NCBI GenBank assembly: GCA_044892525.1 | Contig: CM097885.1 | Coordinates: 35,280,001 to 35,344,000, forward strand | Direction: 5' to 3' | Origin: Schmidtea polychroa | Lineage: Eukaryota | Length of the DNA stretch: 64,000 bases | Shown here: in pieces, positions 25,416-38,515 of the stretch | Layout: every line of letters starts with the position of its first letter | How positions within the stretch are numbered: position 1 is the first letter of the stretch | Program-made: the position numbers and the translations under genes | Notes under the pieces: generated by a model | Told to the model about the DNA's origin: nothing | What the model saw: only the letters and a program-made list of their open reading frames with translations | The model's database searches: none

Positions 25416-25854
25416 TAGCGACTCCTTGACTATAGTGTGAAAAGATATATACTGCAGCCATCTGAAGCAGTGGCTTTTTGTATAGAAAAATCCAGAGACC
25501 AAAGAGATCCCTGACTATAGTGTGGAAATATGGTGTAGCCCCCGTAGCAATTGCTTTTTAGCTAGGGTCGATTTTGTGTACAAAAAATTCTAATAGTCCA
25601 AAGAGACTGACTATTGTGTGAATTTGAAAAAATATAGAGTAGCTACCGGAGGCTACTAACTACCTACTTGTTATAAATAAAAATAATAAAAATTTTAAAA
25701 ACAATTTAGAAAAAAATGTATTGAGAAATAATACATGTTAATAAGCAAGTCAGATTTCTTGTACCTAGTAAAATGTAACTTGTAATTTATCCTAATTTTA
25801 ACGAATCGCAGTTTCACTATTAAATAGCATTAAAAATGAGGATTTTTAACACAA

Positions 25855-26655
25855 CTAGCTTGGTTTAGAGGAGTCCAGAATTCCTGGTAGAGTTAAATAA
25901 GAAGTCGAATAGGCTCTACAAAACAGCAAATTTTGAAACGTCATTATTTTATTTTCATCTGGAGAAACAGACGAAAGAGACTCCATTAAATCTGGTTCCT
26001 GGGAACACAGTCGAGTAAATGTCGCAATATCAATGTCAGACTTCCCAGATGCATCTACGAACTTTTGCCAAAGATAGTTAGTAGTATCTCTAGCAGGCTC
26101 ATCCAAATCAAATTGTACAGCTTCTGATCCAGGATCAAATGAATCTTGGAGATATTTAGCGAATTCTTCTTTTCTTCTTAAAATACCATCTCCGTCCATA
26201 TCAAATGCTCTAAAGGCGAAATGTGCTCTTTCTAAAAGAGTACCCCTCAAAAAGACTGACAATCCCATCACAAAGTTTTCAGCACATATGCCCTTTCCGC
26301 GTGAATTATTTTTGAACGCTCTCACTAGACCTTCTAATGATTTTTGGTTCGTTAAATCGAATTGAATTGACAAAAATGATTTCAAATCATCTTCTAAAAA
26401 TAAATTTTCAATTTTTCCGCCAGCAAGTTCACGAAACAGCAATATTATCATTTTAATCTCACAAGTGTTAAAATGAACTTTATTCTCGAGTTTTCGAATG
26501 ATTTGCTTGATTAAATCTGCCGTTTTACAATTTTGTATTTTGCAAACATAATTGGTGCCGTAATTTTTACTTTTTGACACTTCCCATTTTAATTCCTTTG
26601 ACGCTTTGATGTTCAACATGATTTGCATTAAATTTTTCGATGACCAGCACGACAT
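25855..26655 (-). CDS. EF-hand calcium-binding protein, calaxin/EFCAB1-like, intronless
   Basis: FVMGLSVFLRGTLLERAHFAFRAFDMDGDGIL; HFNTCEIK; FDLT...LVRAF. Confidence 0.75.
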   Translation of the reverse strand: MSCWSSKNLMQIMLNIKASKELKWEVSKSKNYGTNYVCKIQNCKTADLIKQIIRKLENKVHFNTCEIKMIILLFRELAGGKIENLFLEDDLKSFLSIQFDLTNQKSLEGLVRAFKNNSRGKGICAENFVMGLSVFLRGTLLERAHFAFRAFDMDGDGILRRKEEFAKYLQDSFDPGSEAVQFDLDEPARDTTNYLWQKFVDASGKSDIDIATFTRLCSQEPDLMESLSSVSPDENKIMTFQNLLFCRAYSTSYLTLPGILDSSKPS

Positions 26656-27221
26656 AATCTCCTGAAAAGTATTCCAATTTGTTCAATTATTCTAATAAAA
26701 TCAAATTTATTGACTTTATTTTATTAATAAATAATTTTAGACTATTTTAGACTTATGCATTGAAAATAAAAAATTTAAATTTAATAAATCGCATTATTTT
26801 TCTAAAAGAAAGAGAGATCTGACTATTCCAAAAAGAAAACCACAATATAAACTTCAATTAAATTTACATGGCATTGTGAACGAAATTAAAAAAAATTAAA
26901 ATATAAAATGAAATATTTTTTTTATATCTGACACTTTTAAATCATAAATTTGTGAAAGGGAGGATATTTTGGAAAAGCAAGAAAATATTAAATTTTCACC
27001 TATTAATTTAATGTGTAATTTTCATTTGATTATGCTTATTTTATCTTTTAGTTATTAATAATTTCATGCGAAAAAATGAAAAGCAATTAATTGAGATTCG
27101 TTTAAAATTTCTATTTGACTAGTTTTCTTACCCGGATTCACCCGAGAACGATTCAAACTCATTCTTCATTAATTTGAAATAATTAATTTATCTTATTACA
27201 AATTTATTTCAACACCTAGAC

Positions 27222-30200
27222 CAGGGGTCGGCAACCTTTTAGTACTGGAGTGCCATTTTTCATTATTTTCTTATTTTTTTATTCTTCGCGTGCGAGAAGC
27301 GACAACTACATAATTTTAAATGATAGGTACAAAAAAAACTTCTTGCTGGAATATTCAAATTTAATGTAAAATAAATTATAATATTTACATTTTAATATAC
27401 AAATATTTTATATTGTTGGGTTATCGAGTTGGTAGTAATTTTAAATGTTACTCTGACTCCAAGCGTGTCTTTATACGATTCACAAATAACACTTGACAAC
27501 AGAAATCTTTATTGATAATCACAAAAAATCTTTCTCTTTACACTGGCAATAAATTCAACACTCTGCTTGCACCAAGTGTACCATGTTTATTTAGTCAACA
27601 AAAATTTTAATATCTTTCCATATCTATACAATGCTTATCACAACACTCGGTGAGGAATAGCACTTATGTATAACACCGGATTAAAAGATCACAAATTACT
27701 GATTGGTTTATCAACTGGGACTTTGAGCTGGTTGTTTTCTTTGACCTTCTTCACAAGTTTATTCAAATACTCAAGTAACTTCTTTTCGTTTTATTTTTCA
27801 ACAAATTCTTTGATTCAAATCTTCTCCAATACGTTTTATTCACAATTATCTTCTTTACAATTCTTTTTCACAATCGTTTCTCCAACAACGTTTCGTCCGA
27901 CGTTGTCTAATTTTCTCCAATAATTTTATCTCTCAAATCGTCTCTCAATTCGTTTCTCAATATCGTCTCTCAAATCGTTTTCCAAATTGTTTCAATTTCG
28001 CGTTACTTCTTGTCTCTAATTCTGTCTCTAAATTTGCTGTCTAATTTTATTCTAATTTCATGTCCACCAGTTTTCCCTTATATAATTCGCTTCTCTTGTG
28101 GCACTCCAGATAATCAAGTGTTTTTCCGTTTTCCTTCTCCTGCTTTTCCCAACTGTCCCATTTTTATCTCTGACAGCTGTTACGTTGTTTTCCCTTTTTC
28201 CTTTTTTGTTTGACCGCCTTCTCCCATTAATTCTGTTATCACTGGCAAGTTGTCGAGATAAGGATATTGTTGTTTTCCTTTTTCCTCGATTTCAAAATTC
28301 CTTTTCCTCTTTGTACTAATTATTTAGTACTGACTTTGGTTTTCATTTTCCTGTTTGATTCCTTTTTTTTCCTTTATCTTTCTCATTTTTAATTTCTTTT
28401 TACTTCCGTTTTCTTTTCTGAGTTCCAATAGATCGTCCCGTTTGTCATGGCGATCTTCCTCAGGTAATTTTATTTATTTCTTTATAAATTGTTATTTAGG
28501 TATCCTCAACAATATCAACAAATCATCTTCTAATCATCTAGTCTAGTGTGATCTTTGGCCTTGCTTGGCTTTGCTTAGCTTTGGGATGTCAGGAACGTAT
28601 TTTGAGACTTTAATTCGGACACATGCTTCGGAGTGATCTGTAGTAAGCCGACTTCGATAGGGATTAATAATGAACTTCATATGCGAAAATATTTGTTCAC
28701 ATATATAAGTCAAACCAAAGGCTGAAAGCATTTCAAATGCAACTTTCTTGAGACAGTCAAACTTTTCGGGGAGAGATGACCAACAATTTAGAATTGAAGT
28801 TGATTGCTCATAATTGTTGGTAGAATTTTCCAAACTTTTTCGTAGCTCTGCAAATTTATTTACCCATAATGAATATACTTTGAAATCGATTAATTGCATC
28901 TCAAAATCTTCAATGCCCATCCATTCAAAGACAAGCAAATCGAAGTTCTCAATACTATCTGGTTTTATTAAAAAAGAAAACATAGGGCCAAATGACTTAA
29001 AATCTTTGAATCTATTTAAAAATTCTAATTTTAGTGCATCCATATACTCATCAGTCACACAAAGGATCTTTACAGTTTTCAATGAAATTTTTTAGATGTT
29101 TGAAGTAACGAAGATTTCGTGTTTTAAGATTCCTGAGGTATAGATTTAGATTTTGGAAACAAATGCTTTCCATATATCATAAAGCTCCATAACCGTTTGT
29201 GAGTTCAATTAAAAACATAAGTTTTATAAGCCACTGTATGTCTTCAAGTTCGGGATATCTTTCAGATTTTTCTTCCAAAAAGACTTTGATTGAGTCGAAG
29301 CATCAAACAAACCTTTCCAGAACTTTACCGAAACTTAGCCATCTAACGCTGCAGTGAAGAGGTATGTGCTGATATGCACATTCCATCTCTTGAACTAAAG
29401 CTTCGAACAGTCTTTTTGTTAGAGAAGAGCGTGCCACAAGAAAATTTACAATTTTAGATACGGTTTTTGAAGTCTTTGCACAAATATTCTCTTGGTGTAT
29501 AATACAATGAAACTTTAAAATAGGGTGGCCAATTTTTTCTTCAAGTAAATTGACGAATCCATTTAGCCTACCTACCATGGCAAGAGCACCATCTGTCGTA
29601 AGAGCAAATATCTTCTTGATGTCAATTCCTCTTTCTTCAAAATGATCGATAAAGGTTTTTAAAATATCTTTCCCCATTGTATTACCATGCATAGATTCGA
29701 GACAACATAATTCCTCACGCATTTCAGTATCATTGTGTCTAGTTACAATTGCGAAACGTGGTATCCCGTTTACATCAACACTCTCATCAAGTGCTACACT
29801 CAGGACTCTAGCATTCCTTAACGCATCAGTGTGCTGTTCTTTTATATTCTGACCCATTTCTGTAATGCGTCTCTCAACCGTCTTAGCAGAAGTAAGCATT
29901 TCTTTAATCCTTGAAATAATTATGTTTTTATTGGGAAGATCATCAAACACTTCAGAGCACTTGAGGAAAATCTCTTTAATATAACCACCGTCTGTAAATG
30001 GCTTTCCGAAATTTGCAATACACTGTGAGATTTTGTAGCTAGCTCCAATTGCTTGATTTTTTCTACCGATCATGTTTACAAAAACGTTTGTTTTCTTCTC
30101 ATAGCGAGGCACCGCATTTTTAATAGATTCATTTTTTTTCTGCCTCACACTTGGAGGATCCTTTGTGTTTTGTTTCAAAAAAACACTTTACAATTGACTT

Positions 30201-30325
30201 TCTGGTTTCCAAACATAAGGCGCAAATAGTACAATCATTTTTTAAAATAAACCCGTAATCTGTTGTCCAAGAAGACTGAAATTGGCGAATATCAAACTTA
30301 ATTTTTTTGGATCTATCGATTTTAT
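27222..30325 (-). mobile_element. hAT transposon (SPIN/GTF2IRD2-like transposase, frameshifted, 28543-~30320)
   Basis: TIR CAGGGGTCGGCAACC at 27222; SVALDESVD, TTDGA, HCIIHQE, VRWLS, TYICEQIFS; other TIR not found. Confidence 0.9.
27414..28511. mobile_element. Gypsy solo LTR (1098 bp) inside the hAT
   Basis: TGTTGGG...CCTCAACA flanked by ATAT duplication. Confidence 0.85.
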
Positions 30326-30335
30326 TGATAGTCCA

Positions 30336-31302
30336 ATTTCGAGGGCGGCATCCGTGGTGGACTAACTTTTGTAAATAAACACTATGTAAAAACAGACCCG
30401 GATACGGCATTGCTTTACATGGATATAAATAATTTATACGGTTGGCCTTTAAGTCAACCTTTACCATGCAGTAACTTTGAATGGGTTACAGGTTATAATT
30501 TATTAAATAATATAATTGTTGAGTGCACAACGGTAGATTTAGATCTGCTTGATTATGGTTATCCATAGAAGTGGATTTAGAAATAATGACGTCAATTCAC
30601 GATAAACTGAATAATCTTCCCGTTGCCGCTGAAAATATGTGTCTACCCGTTTCGAAAATAGAGAAGAGTAGTATATATAATAGTAGTATATATAATAATA
30701 ATAAATATTCCTTTGAACTTGCATTTGAAAATAATAATTTACGACATGTTGAGTGTGAGCAGTACCCTTGTGAGTAATACCCATAGGAGGGGGGGCAGAA
30801 TATTTTGTCCGATAGCCTAGGAGTATATATAATAATAATAATGCAAAGTATGTTCAATAATTTTATTATGTCTTTGTTAAGTCAACTTTAGTTTCAAATT
30901 GTGTTTTAAAATATATTTAAATTTTAAAATACCGCAACGTAATATATTTAATAATTATGATGAGTCATGTGTCTTTGTTCTCTAAAATTTCTTTGTTTAA
31001 ATTGATCAGTCATATGTCTTTGTTTCTTAAAATGTTTTTGTTATATAATATGTTTCTGTTATGCAATAATCATTTATTACATAATGTGTCTTTGTTACGT
31101 AATAATGCTTTGTTATGTGATAGTTCTTTGTTATGTAATGTGTCTTTGTTGTGAAATAGTTTCTTATTATGTAATGTTACTTTTGTATGTAATATGTCTT
31201 TGTTGCGTAAATTTTAAAAATACATAAAATGACGTAATTCCCTGTGTGGCATCATCGATTATGTAATAGTTCTTTGTTCCCGGGTCTACATGTTACCCTA
31301 CT
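30336..31302 (+). mobile_element. Internally deleted Polinton piece: polB fragment plus right terminus
   Basis: GGIRGGL..NKHY..YMDINNLYGW.LSQPLP..HDKLNNLPVA (diverged from the 22-23 kb polB), then a terminal region ending TTACCCTACT. Confidence 0.85.
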
Positions 31303-32036
31303 AAGGTAGTATTTCTAATATTCAACAAGGTCCATCGATATCTTTGGATTTGCAGAAAAAATTCGAAAATCGTAAATTTTAATAACTTGTATTAAAAAAA
31401 TAATATTTTCATAGAATTACATAAAATGACAAAATTCGCCATATCAATGAGCTGGAGACAGAAGATTACAAAAACTTAAAAAACTACTCCGCTTTTTTCT
31501 TAATTGTCTTAAAAAATTAAATGTGTTTGGTGATTTATTTATTAGACTTTTATATTTCGGATTTAAATGTATCTCAGTGGTGTTTGGTGTATACATTAGT
31601 TTACCTATAACCCACCAGTTGCCTACATCAACCACATGGACTTAATATCAACCAGTAGCCTAGCATTAGTGGTTATTGGTCAACTTTTTATTGGAGAATA
31701 TAATTCATTATTATTATTGGTGCTTTCCACATTTTAATTTTAAAGTATTTCATAATTAATTAATTTGAAATTTTTATTATAGTCATGTGTCAATTCTGAG
31801 TCAGAATTTCTGACTTTACTAAATCTTAATTGCTACAAAAATTGTAATAATGTCATTAACCTTAGTTTACTTTTTAAATAATTTTACAATTCAAACTACT
31901 TTTGTTCAAAGTCAATTAAAATAATTCTTTAATTCAACCTAATTTACTACTTTTAACGCATTTACAATTTTATATATTTAAAGTTCTAAAATATTTTCTT
32001 CTAATTTTTTATTGAGACTGAAAAATTGTTGAAATC

Positions 32037-34926
32037 AGTTATGGAAAGTGGTTTGTTTTAATAATATAGTTTTTAGCGTTTTTTTGGAAAATATATTTTA
32101 ACTGCATTTATTATTGATCGTATGAATTTAGAAGTTGAAGACATCATAACTGGCGACCACGCCAAGGAAATTAATGCAATAGGAAAAAAGAAAGGAACTA
32201 AGAATATGTTAGATTCCTTGCCAAAACAAGCACGTGAGATGCTAAATTTTAATGTCAGAAAGTTTGACGGAAAAGTTGGATCTGAAGCCGAACTTTGGCT
32301 AAAGGATATTATGGAATGGCTGAGAATAGAAGATCAAAGTCTAGTAGACGCATTGGATCTTTTGTTGACAGATGCGGCATCGATGTTATGGGAAGCAGCG
32401 AAAATAGCGATGAAGACCGATGAAATGGCAAAAGAGTGGTTTATAGAAACTTTTACAGTAAGGAAAACCATTACTAACAAGATTGTGGAACTAGCTCAAA
32501 TTCAGCAAGAAAAAGATGAAAGATTCCAAGTCTTCGAAATACGAGTAAGAAGTTTAGTTAAAAGTGTATTTAGCTCTGGAATGTCTGATGAACAGATTGT
32601 TCTAGACATTATTTCAAACAGAGCGAAAGACGATAGAGTAAAAGAAATATTCTTATCAGGGAAAGTGACAAGTTTTGAAGATGCCAGGGATATGGCAAAA
32701 ATTCAGGAGAAGATCGAGATGACGAATGACAATAAATTCAATATTGATGCCATAAGAAGAGACTCTTACGCATCAGTGATGAAAAATGGTAAATTCGAGG
32801 GTAGACGAGACCAAAGAAGAATTGTGAAGACAACTGCACATCAACGCGACGAACACCGAGAGATTAATCATGAGAGGAATAGACCTGGTAATGGTTGGTT
32901 TGTACCAATTGTAAATGAAGATAAGAATGAAAATGAGCGGTATAGAGGACGATACGAGACAGGAGAACCATAGAGAAGAATACCTACAGTATCGCTTAAA
33001 GATATTGCAAGAAGGTTATTTAATGACAGCAAAGGAAGAGATTCGCCTCATCCAGTGAAACTGACACCAGGTCAGTGTTTTTGTTGTGGAGAAAAAGGGC
33101 ACCGGCGTTTTGAATGTCCTATGAAAGACAAATGTCTAATCTGTGGAAAAGAAGGTCATGGATTCAGAGATTGTTTTTTGCTTAAAAATAGAAATGGATA
33201 TCAGAAGAGAGTGGCATGTATTTACGAAGAAGATCACGAAAGAAATAATGGTGATTTCACAGAAGATTTATACAGTAATTACGAAGAAACGATAAAAAAA
33301 TCAATGGATAAACCAAAAAACAAGGACGATCCCATTGCTTTCATTTAGTCAGTGGGGTCGACACAATAATCAGTAGAAAGAATCGAAATGAAGACATGAT
33401 GCAGAAGATGTATGAGACGACAGACAGAAGAAAGTGGAGTAAGATTGTAATAAACATGACGGCGATTGACGTGCTTTGGGACTCTGGAGCGTCAGTATCA
33501 GTTATGAGTGAAAAAAGTTGGACAAAGATTGGGAAACCGAGGTTGAAGCAGAGCACAATTTCTCTTTGTGGAGTATTTTCGACGGGAATGAAAAGACTCA
33601 TTACAGAAGACTGAGTCGATGACAAAACTCTTAGAAAAGCAACAAGATGATGTAGATTTCATTCACATGACAAGAGTGTTACAGGGAGAAGAGGAAAAAA
33701 ATGACTTGAATAAAAAGAAATTTCCTTTCAATTTGCATAACAACATAAATTAGAAGATGGGTTTTTATTATTAGAGAAGAATGGTTAAGATGTCATCCTT
33801 GTGCCGATAGACTACTCAAATACGTTAGGTAAAGGAATACATACTGAAATGTGTCACATTGGAGTAAAGAAATTAAGTAGCTATATTGAGCAACATATTT
33901 TTTGGCCAAACATGCAAGAAACTATACAAAACTGTTTGAGAGTATGTGAGATATGCTGCAGAAGGAAAATAGTGCAGGAGAAGACAAAGGAACGATTGTT
34001 GCCGATAATAAGTTCAGACTTTTTAGAGAAGTTGGTCATTGATATAGCACACATGAAGAATGGTGGAGTGTACAATTATATGCTAGTTATCATTGATCGT
34101 TTTAGAAAAATGGTCAGTTTGACAGCACTGGAGAGACAAGACGAGAGATCGATTTTCAAAGCCATTTTGGAGAAGTGGATATACCGTATCGGAAAACCGC
34201 GAAATTGTCTGTCAGACTGAGGGAAGAACTTCGATAGTGGTTTTATGAAAACAAATCTAGGAAGACTGGGTATTACGCAACAGTTCAGTTCACCATATCA
34301 GCATCAATCTAACGGTTTAGTTGAGAGAACAATACGGACAGTCAGACTTGCTGGCAACATCATTAACAGGTGGACTAGGAGAGCGAAATTGGGCGGAGTT
34401 ACTTCCTCGAGTAGAATTTTGTATCAACGTGACACAACAGAGCGCGATGGGATTTTCTCCATTTGAAATTGTTTTTGGGAGGAAGATTAACCTTCATTCA
34501 ACATTGCCTCAGACGACATTGGATACAGTTGAGATACATAGATTGGTAAGAGAGAACAGTGAGAAAGCAGCTAAACGAATGAAAGAGATGGAAACAGAGA
34601 AGAGAACGAATCGATATTTCATGGTGGGGGAGAAAGTATTAGTTCGGAAAGAACCACAAAATCGCGACAAAGATGGACTACAGTATGAAGGTCCTTTTGT
34701 CATATCAAAGTTTGTGTCAGAGCACCAGGTGGAATTGAGTGACGGGACGACAAAGAAACTCAGACGAATTGAATGGCTTAAGAGATGGGCAGTTCCTTAA
34801 ATAAGGGGGAGAGTTATGGAAAGTGGTTTGTTTTAATAATATTGTTTTTAGCGTTTTTTTGGAAAATATATTTTAACTGCATTTATTATTGATCTTATGA
34901 ATTTAGAAGTTGAAGACATCATAACT
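32037..34926 (+). mobile_element. Non-autonomous Gypsy element: 115-bp LTRs, gag, protease and integrase, no RT/RNase H
   Basis: LTRs 32037-32151 and 34812-34926 (AGTTA..TAACT, 2 mismatches); TSD AAATC; PBS TGGCGACCAC; PPT AAGGGGGAG; two CCHC knuckles; WDSGAS; HHCC and DDE integrase with YEGPF. Confidence 0.93.
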
Positions 34927-35352
34927 AAATCAACCAAAAATCTTTTTGTGTTTTTAATGAGTGTGAAATCTATTTCAAAATAGCGTGAGACGAAAATACT
35001 GTTAAAAAACCTTGAAACTCTATGGAAAGCCTAAGAAACTCCCTTGCTATATTATGGTCGCTTCACATTGACATTACTCTTTTGCCACACTTGCAGAATT
35101 CTAGGCGACAAAGGAAAGAGGTACTATTATCATATTTCTTTCGATGATTTTTAACGCATTACGGGGAAAAGTGTGAGCCAATTTTTCCTTAATGATTTTG
35201 CAATAAATATATACATGTCTATATGGGTACACCATTGGTTCTAAAATTATTTGATCAAACACCCCTCTTTCTATAAAAAATATTAATCAGCGCCCCCTGG
35301 ATTTTTTTAAATTTTAATTGCATTTAAGCAGAAATATATATTAGTTACATAT

Positions 35353-38300
35353 TGCTGGGGTGGTGCCTGGTTGACCCTAACCAATCTACGCTCTTGTCTA
35401 GGGGATGCGTGTCCATCTCGTTACGCTACATATGCCCATGTCAACCCGGAGCAGGACCCTGCACAACTTATACTCCAACATAGCACCCGTGAATTGCTTC
35501 ACGTTGGAAATGTGCTATGTCGGCGAGACTCCAGTAAGCAGGTGAGCCCCTGCCTTAGGGCTACTCCTTACTGAGGCCTCGACTCACCTTTTATGACTGC
35601 CGATGGAAGGACTTACGTCTAATCACCGCATCAGACCTCACTTTACTCCGACCCCGAATTTGATACAAATTGACTATTACTTTTCGAACATAAATATTTA
35701 CCCTCGGCTTAAAAAAAAAACTGCTACGAACATTTACGACGATTAGTTAAACTAAACAACAACAAGGGATAACCAAAATTGCTTTATTCTACCATTATAA
35801 TACACTATACAGTTAAGCTCTACATGACATGTACAATTTAGTAGAAAACAGGTTAAGAGAAAAATAAGTCATGATAGTTCAGTTGGCCAATGATCAGTCC
35901 GCACGGTCGTTCTAGGTTGAGACCTTCAGTTCTCCCATTCTGCGTCTGCCAATAACTCGTCTAAATCGAAAAATTCGGAGGCATTCTCCTCCCGAGTCAC
36001 ACCAGCGGCAGAGATGACTCGTCCTGGGATCCCTACTGTTAAATCGATCGTTACGGGGGGATCGTTCGAATTACTCGGGTGGTTAGAAGACAGTTCACTT
36101 TGCTTGACGACCGCTCGCTCACGTTGTCGCTTTTTTCGTTCCGCTCTGGACAATTGACGACGCTTAGGTTTCGAAGGGTTGTTAGACGATGTTACTGAGG
36201 ATGTCGTAGTTAATGGCAACGCCTTGCTAGTTCCGAGGATAAGTGCGTCCGTTGGCCTGGGGGAGAGGTCGGCCTCTACGCACTCCCGACATGACTTCTT
36301 AGATAAAGGTGGTGAATTGAATGGAGGGTCATGGTGAACGGGGAAGATGTTGTCTGCTTCGTTAAGGGGAATGCTAACAATCTTCCGCGTTGTTGCTGCT
36401 TGGACATAGACTTTATGTAGAGCTTCGGACTGCTCTTTGATCAGGCTACACTGAGATCTACTCTCGTTTATCAAGGCATCGCGACAATGCTCACTACGGT
36501 ACAACTTCTTCTGTACCTCCTTCATTTGTACTGGGCTAAACCATGTACCTTCCAAATCGTCGATTTTCTTTTTGTATCGACCGATCTGGGCCTGTAACTC
36601 TCTGATTATGGTGTTTTTGTCGGTGCAGGAGAAACAAGGTTTGAGAGGAGACTTCGTGTTTGGCAACATTCCCGATAAATATAACGAAGAAAGAATAGTA
36701 AAAGTAAATAAAAATAAAATCAGCTATTTCTACTAAACCCTCATGGTGATATAATTATTTATTAATTTCCATGCAAGCTATACGTTACCTTTAATGTAGT
36801 GTTAATAAATCAATAGAAAAGAAATTATAATGACGGACCGGAGAAAGTCTTCGGTTGATTAATATTAAATCCGAATGTTGTTTGTTATCTAAATTTATAG
36901 TTTTACAGATGGTCATAATACACCGCTAGTTGGAATTAATTCGTTAAATCAATATGCTGCCTATGATTATCTCTCATCGAACGTGGATATTGGATTTTAT
37001 TCTCACGATGTGCAACCCCTTTCGTTCTCTACTTGGACAATATTATTTTTGTGGATATTTTCGTCAGTTTATTCGAAAAATCTTCACCTTGGCAATATCG
37101 GTTGGAGATATCTGTTACTGAAGGGACTTCATACTACCGCTATTGTAAATTTCAGAAGAAATCAAAATGTTTTGGCGAAAATAAAGTATTTTTTGAAAAC
37201 GTCTTCTTATTAGAAATGTGTTCAGTAACTTTTCATTTATACTCACTATGCTATTGTATAACGTCCGAGTGAATATATTAGCACTCAGTTCCTTTTATTT
37301 CAGATGAAAATTGACGTTAGTCTTGACAGAAGAGTAGTTTATAGCTAGATGATGGAGTGTCGGTTGATGCGAATAGACGATACAGACTAATTACTGATGT
37401 AAAACGAAAATTACAAAGTGTGGTATCTAAGAATAATGAGGTTTTGATAAATAAAATGTTCGTAGCCACCTCAGTCATTGTCAGTTAAGATTATCCTCCT
37501 CTTTTCAACTTTGAAATGTACTCCACTCCACTTTCAACTATTTCTTGCAGAATTTTATTACCTTCAGCGACGGACCCGTGAGGAAGCCCCCCCATTTCGG
37601 CCCACGTCAGCTGCGTGATTGAAGAGGTCTATACCCACCGGCTGAGCTCCCGAAGGCTCCTCATACCATGGTATAGATCTCCTCAACTCCACGTTTCTCA
37701 AATATAATTTTATTATAACCAATATAACTTGAATATAAAGACATATCATAGATATTCATCTACCATTAGTATTTGAATTTAATCATAAAAATGCATTATC
37801 ATTAAAAAGTGAGATCGAATGAAGAAAATTTATTAAAATCTGTTAAATTGATATAATAAAATTATTGTTAATTTCGAAAACATTTACGCAATTTCACAAT
37901 AAAAACACATTCTTACTTATCGTTCGTAAATCGGTGATTTCAAAAGGCTGAGCCGAAAAGCTAATTAAATCGGTTATAGTGTTAGATCGAAGTGATAGTT
38001 GTTCCTAATAGTCGTCTGTTTTCTGAATGTCCGGTGATTGTCTGGATAGTCGAGTACCTGTAAATGGTTTGGTTTAACAGTAGCTATTTGTCATTATTTC
38101 TTACCTGTAAATGGTTTGGTTTAACAGTAACTATAATGAGTTTGCTGTTTACTTATATATGCATTTTTCGTTTATGCGGACCAATCAAAATCGAGTACCG
38201 CTTTAATTTTTAAATTAATTTGTTTTTCTTATTTCTTTGGTTGTTTTCCTTATTTTCCTTTATTTTTATTATATTTTTTATTTATTTCTTAAATTCCTTA

Positions 38301-38515
38301 TAATTTGTTACATTTTTCGGTATCTTATTCGTTATCTTACACTTTATTTTTAATTTTTATTTTTTGTTTTAATTTTTATGTCTTAATTATTGTTTTTCCT
38401 TATGTCTTATTCTATTTTATTCTTAATTTCGTTCTATTTATTTTTAATTTTCGTTAACTTCCTACTTTCTTATTCCCTTACTTTTTAACAATTAAATTTT
38501 CGACTCAGCCCAACA
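35353..38515. mobile_element. 3.16-kb TG..CA element, probable giant solo LTR
   Basis: TGCTGGGG...GCCCAACA flanked by ATAT on both sides; no gag/pol/transposase recognised. Confidence 0.6.
35926..36669 (-). CDS. Orphan 247-aa protein: CxxC, coiled coil, basic NLS-like stretch, acidic-aromatic C-terminus
   Basis: Uninterrupted GC-elevated ORF within the above element. Confidence 0.55.
   Translation of the reverse strand: MLPNTKSPLKPCFSCTDKNTIIRELQAQIGRYKKKIDDLEGTWFSPVQMKEVQKKLYRSEHCRDALINESRSQCSLIKEQSEALHKVYVQAATTRKIVSIPLNEADNIFPVHHDPPFNSPPLSKKSCRECVEADLSPRPTDALILGTSKALPLTTTSSVTSSNNPSKPKRRQLSRAERKKRQRERAVVKQSELSSNHPSNSNDPPVTIDLTVGIPGRVISAAGVTREENASEFFDLDELLADAEWEN

Noticed and set aside
30129..30467. 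112-aa ORF as a novel protein
   Set aside because: A chimera of antisense polB sequence and the hAT transposase N-terminus.
31600..31640. Second TIR of the hAT element starting at 27222
   Set aside because: Only GTTGCC matches, with no ACCTAGAC target duplication.
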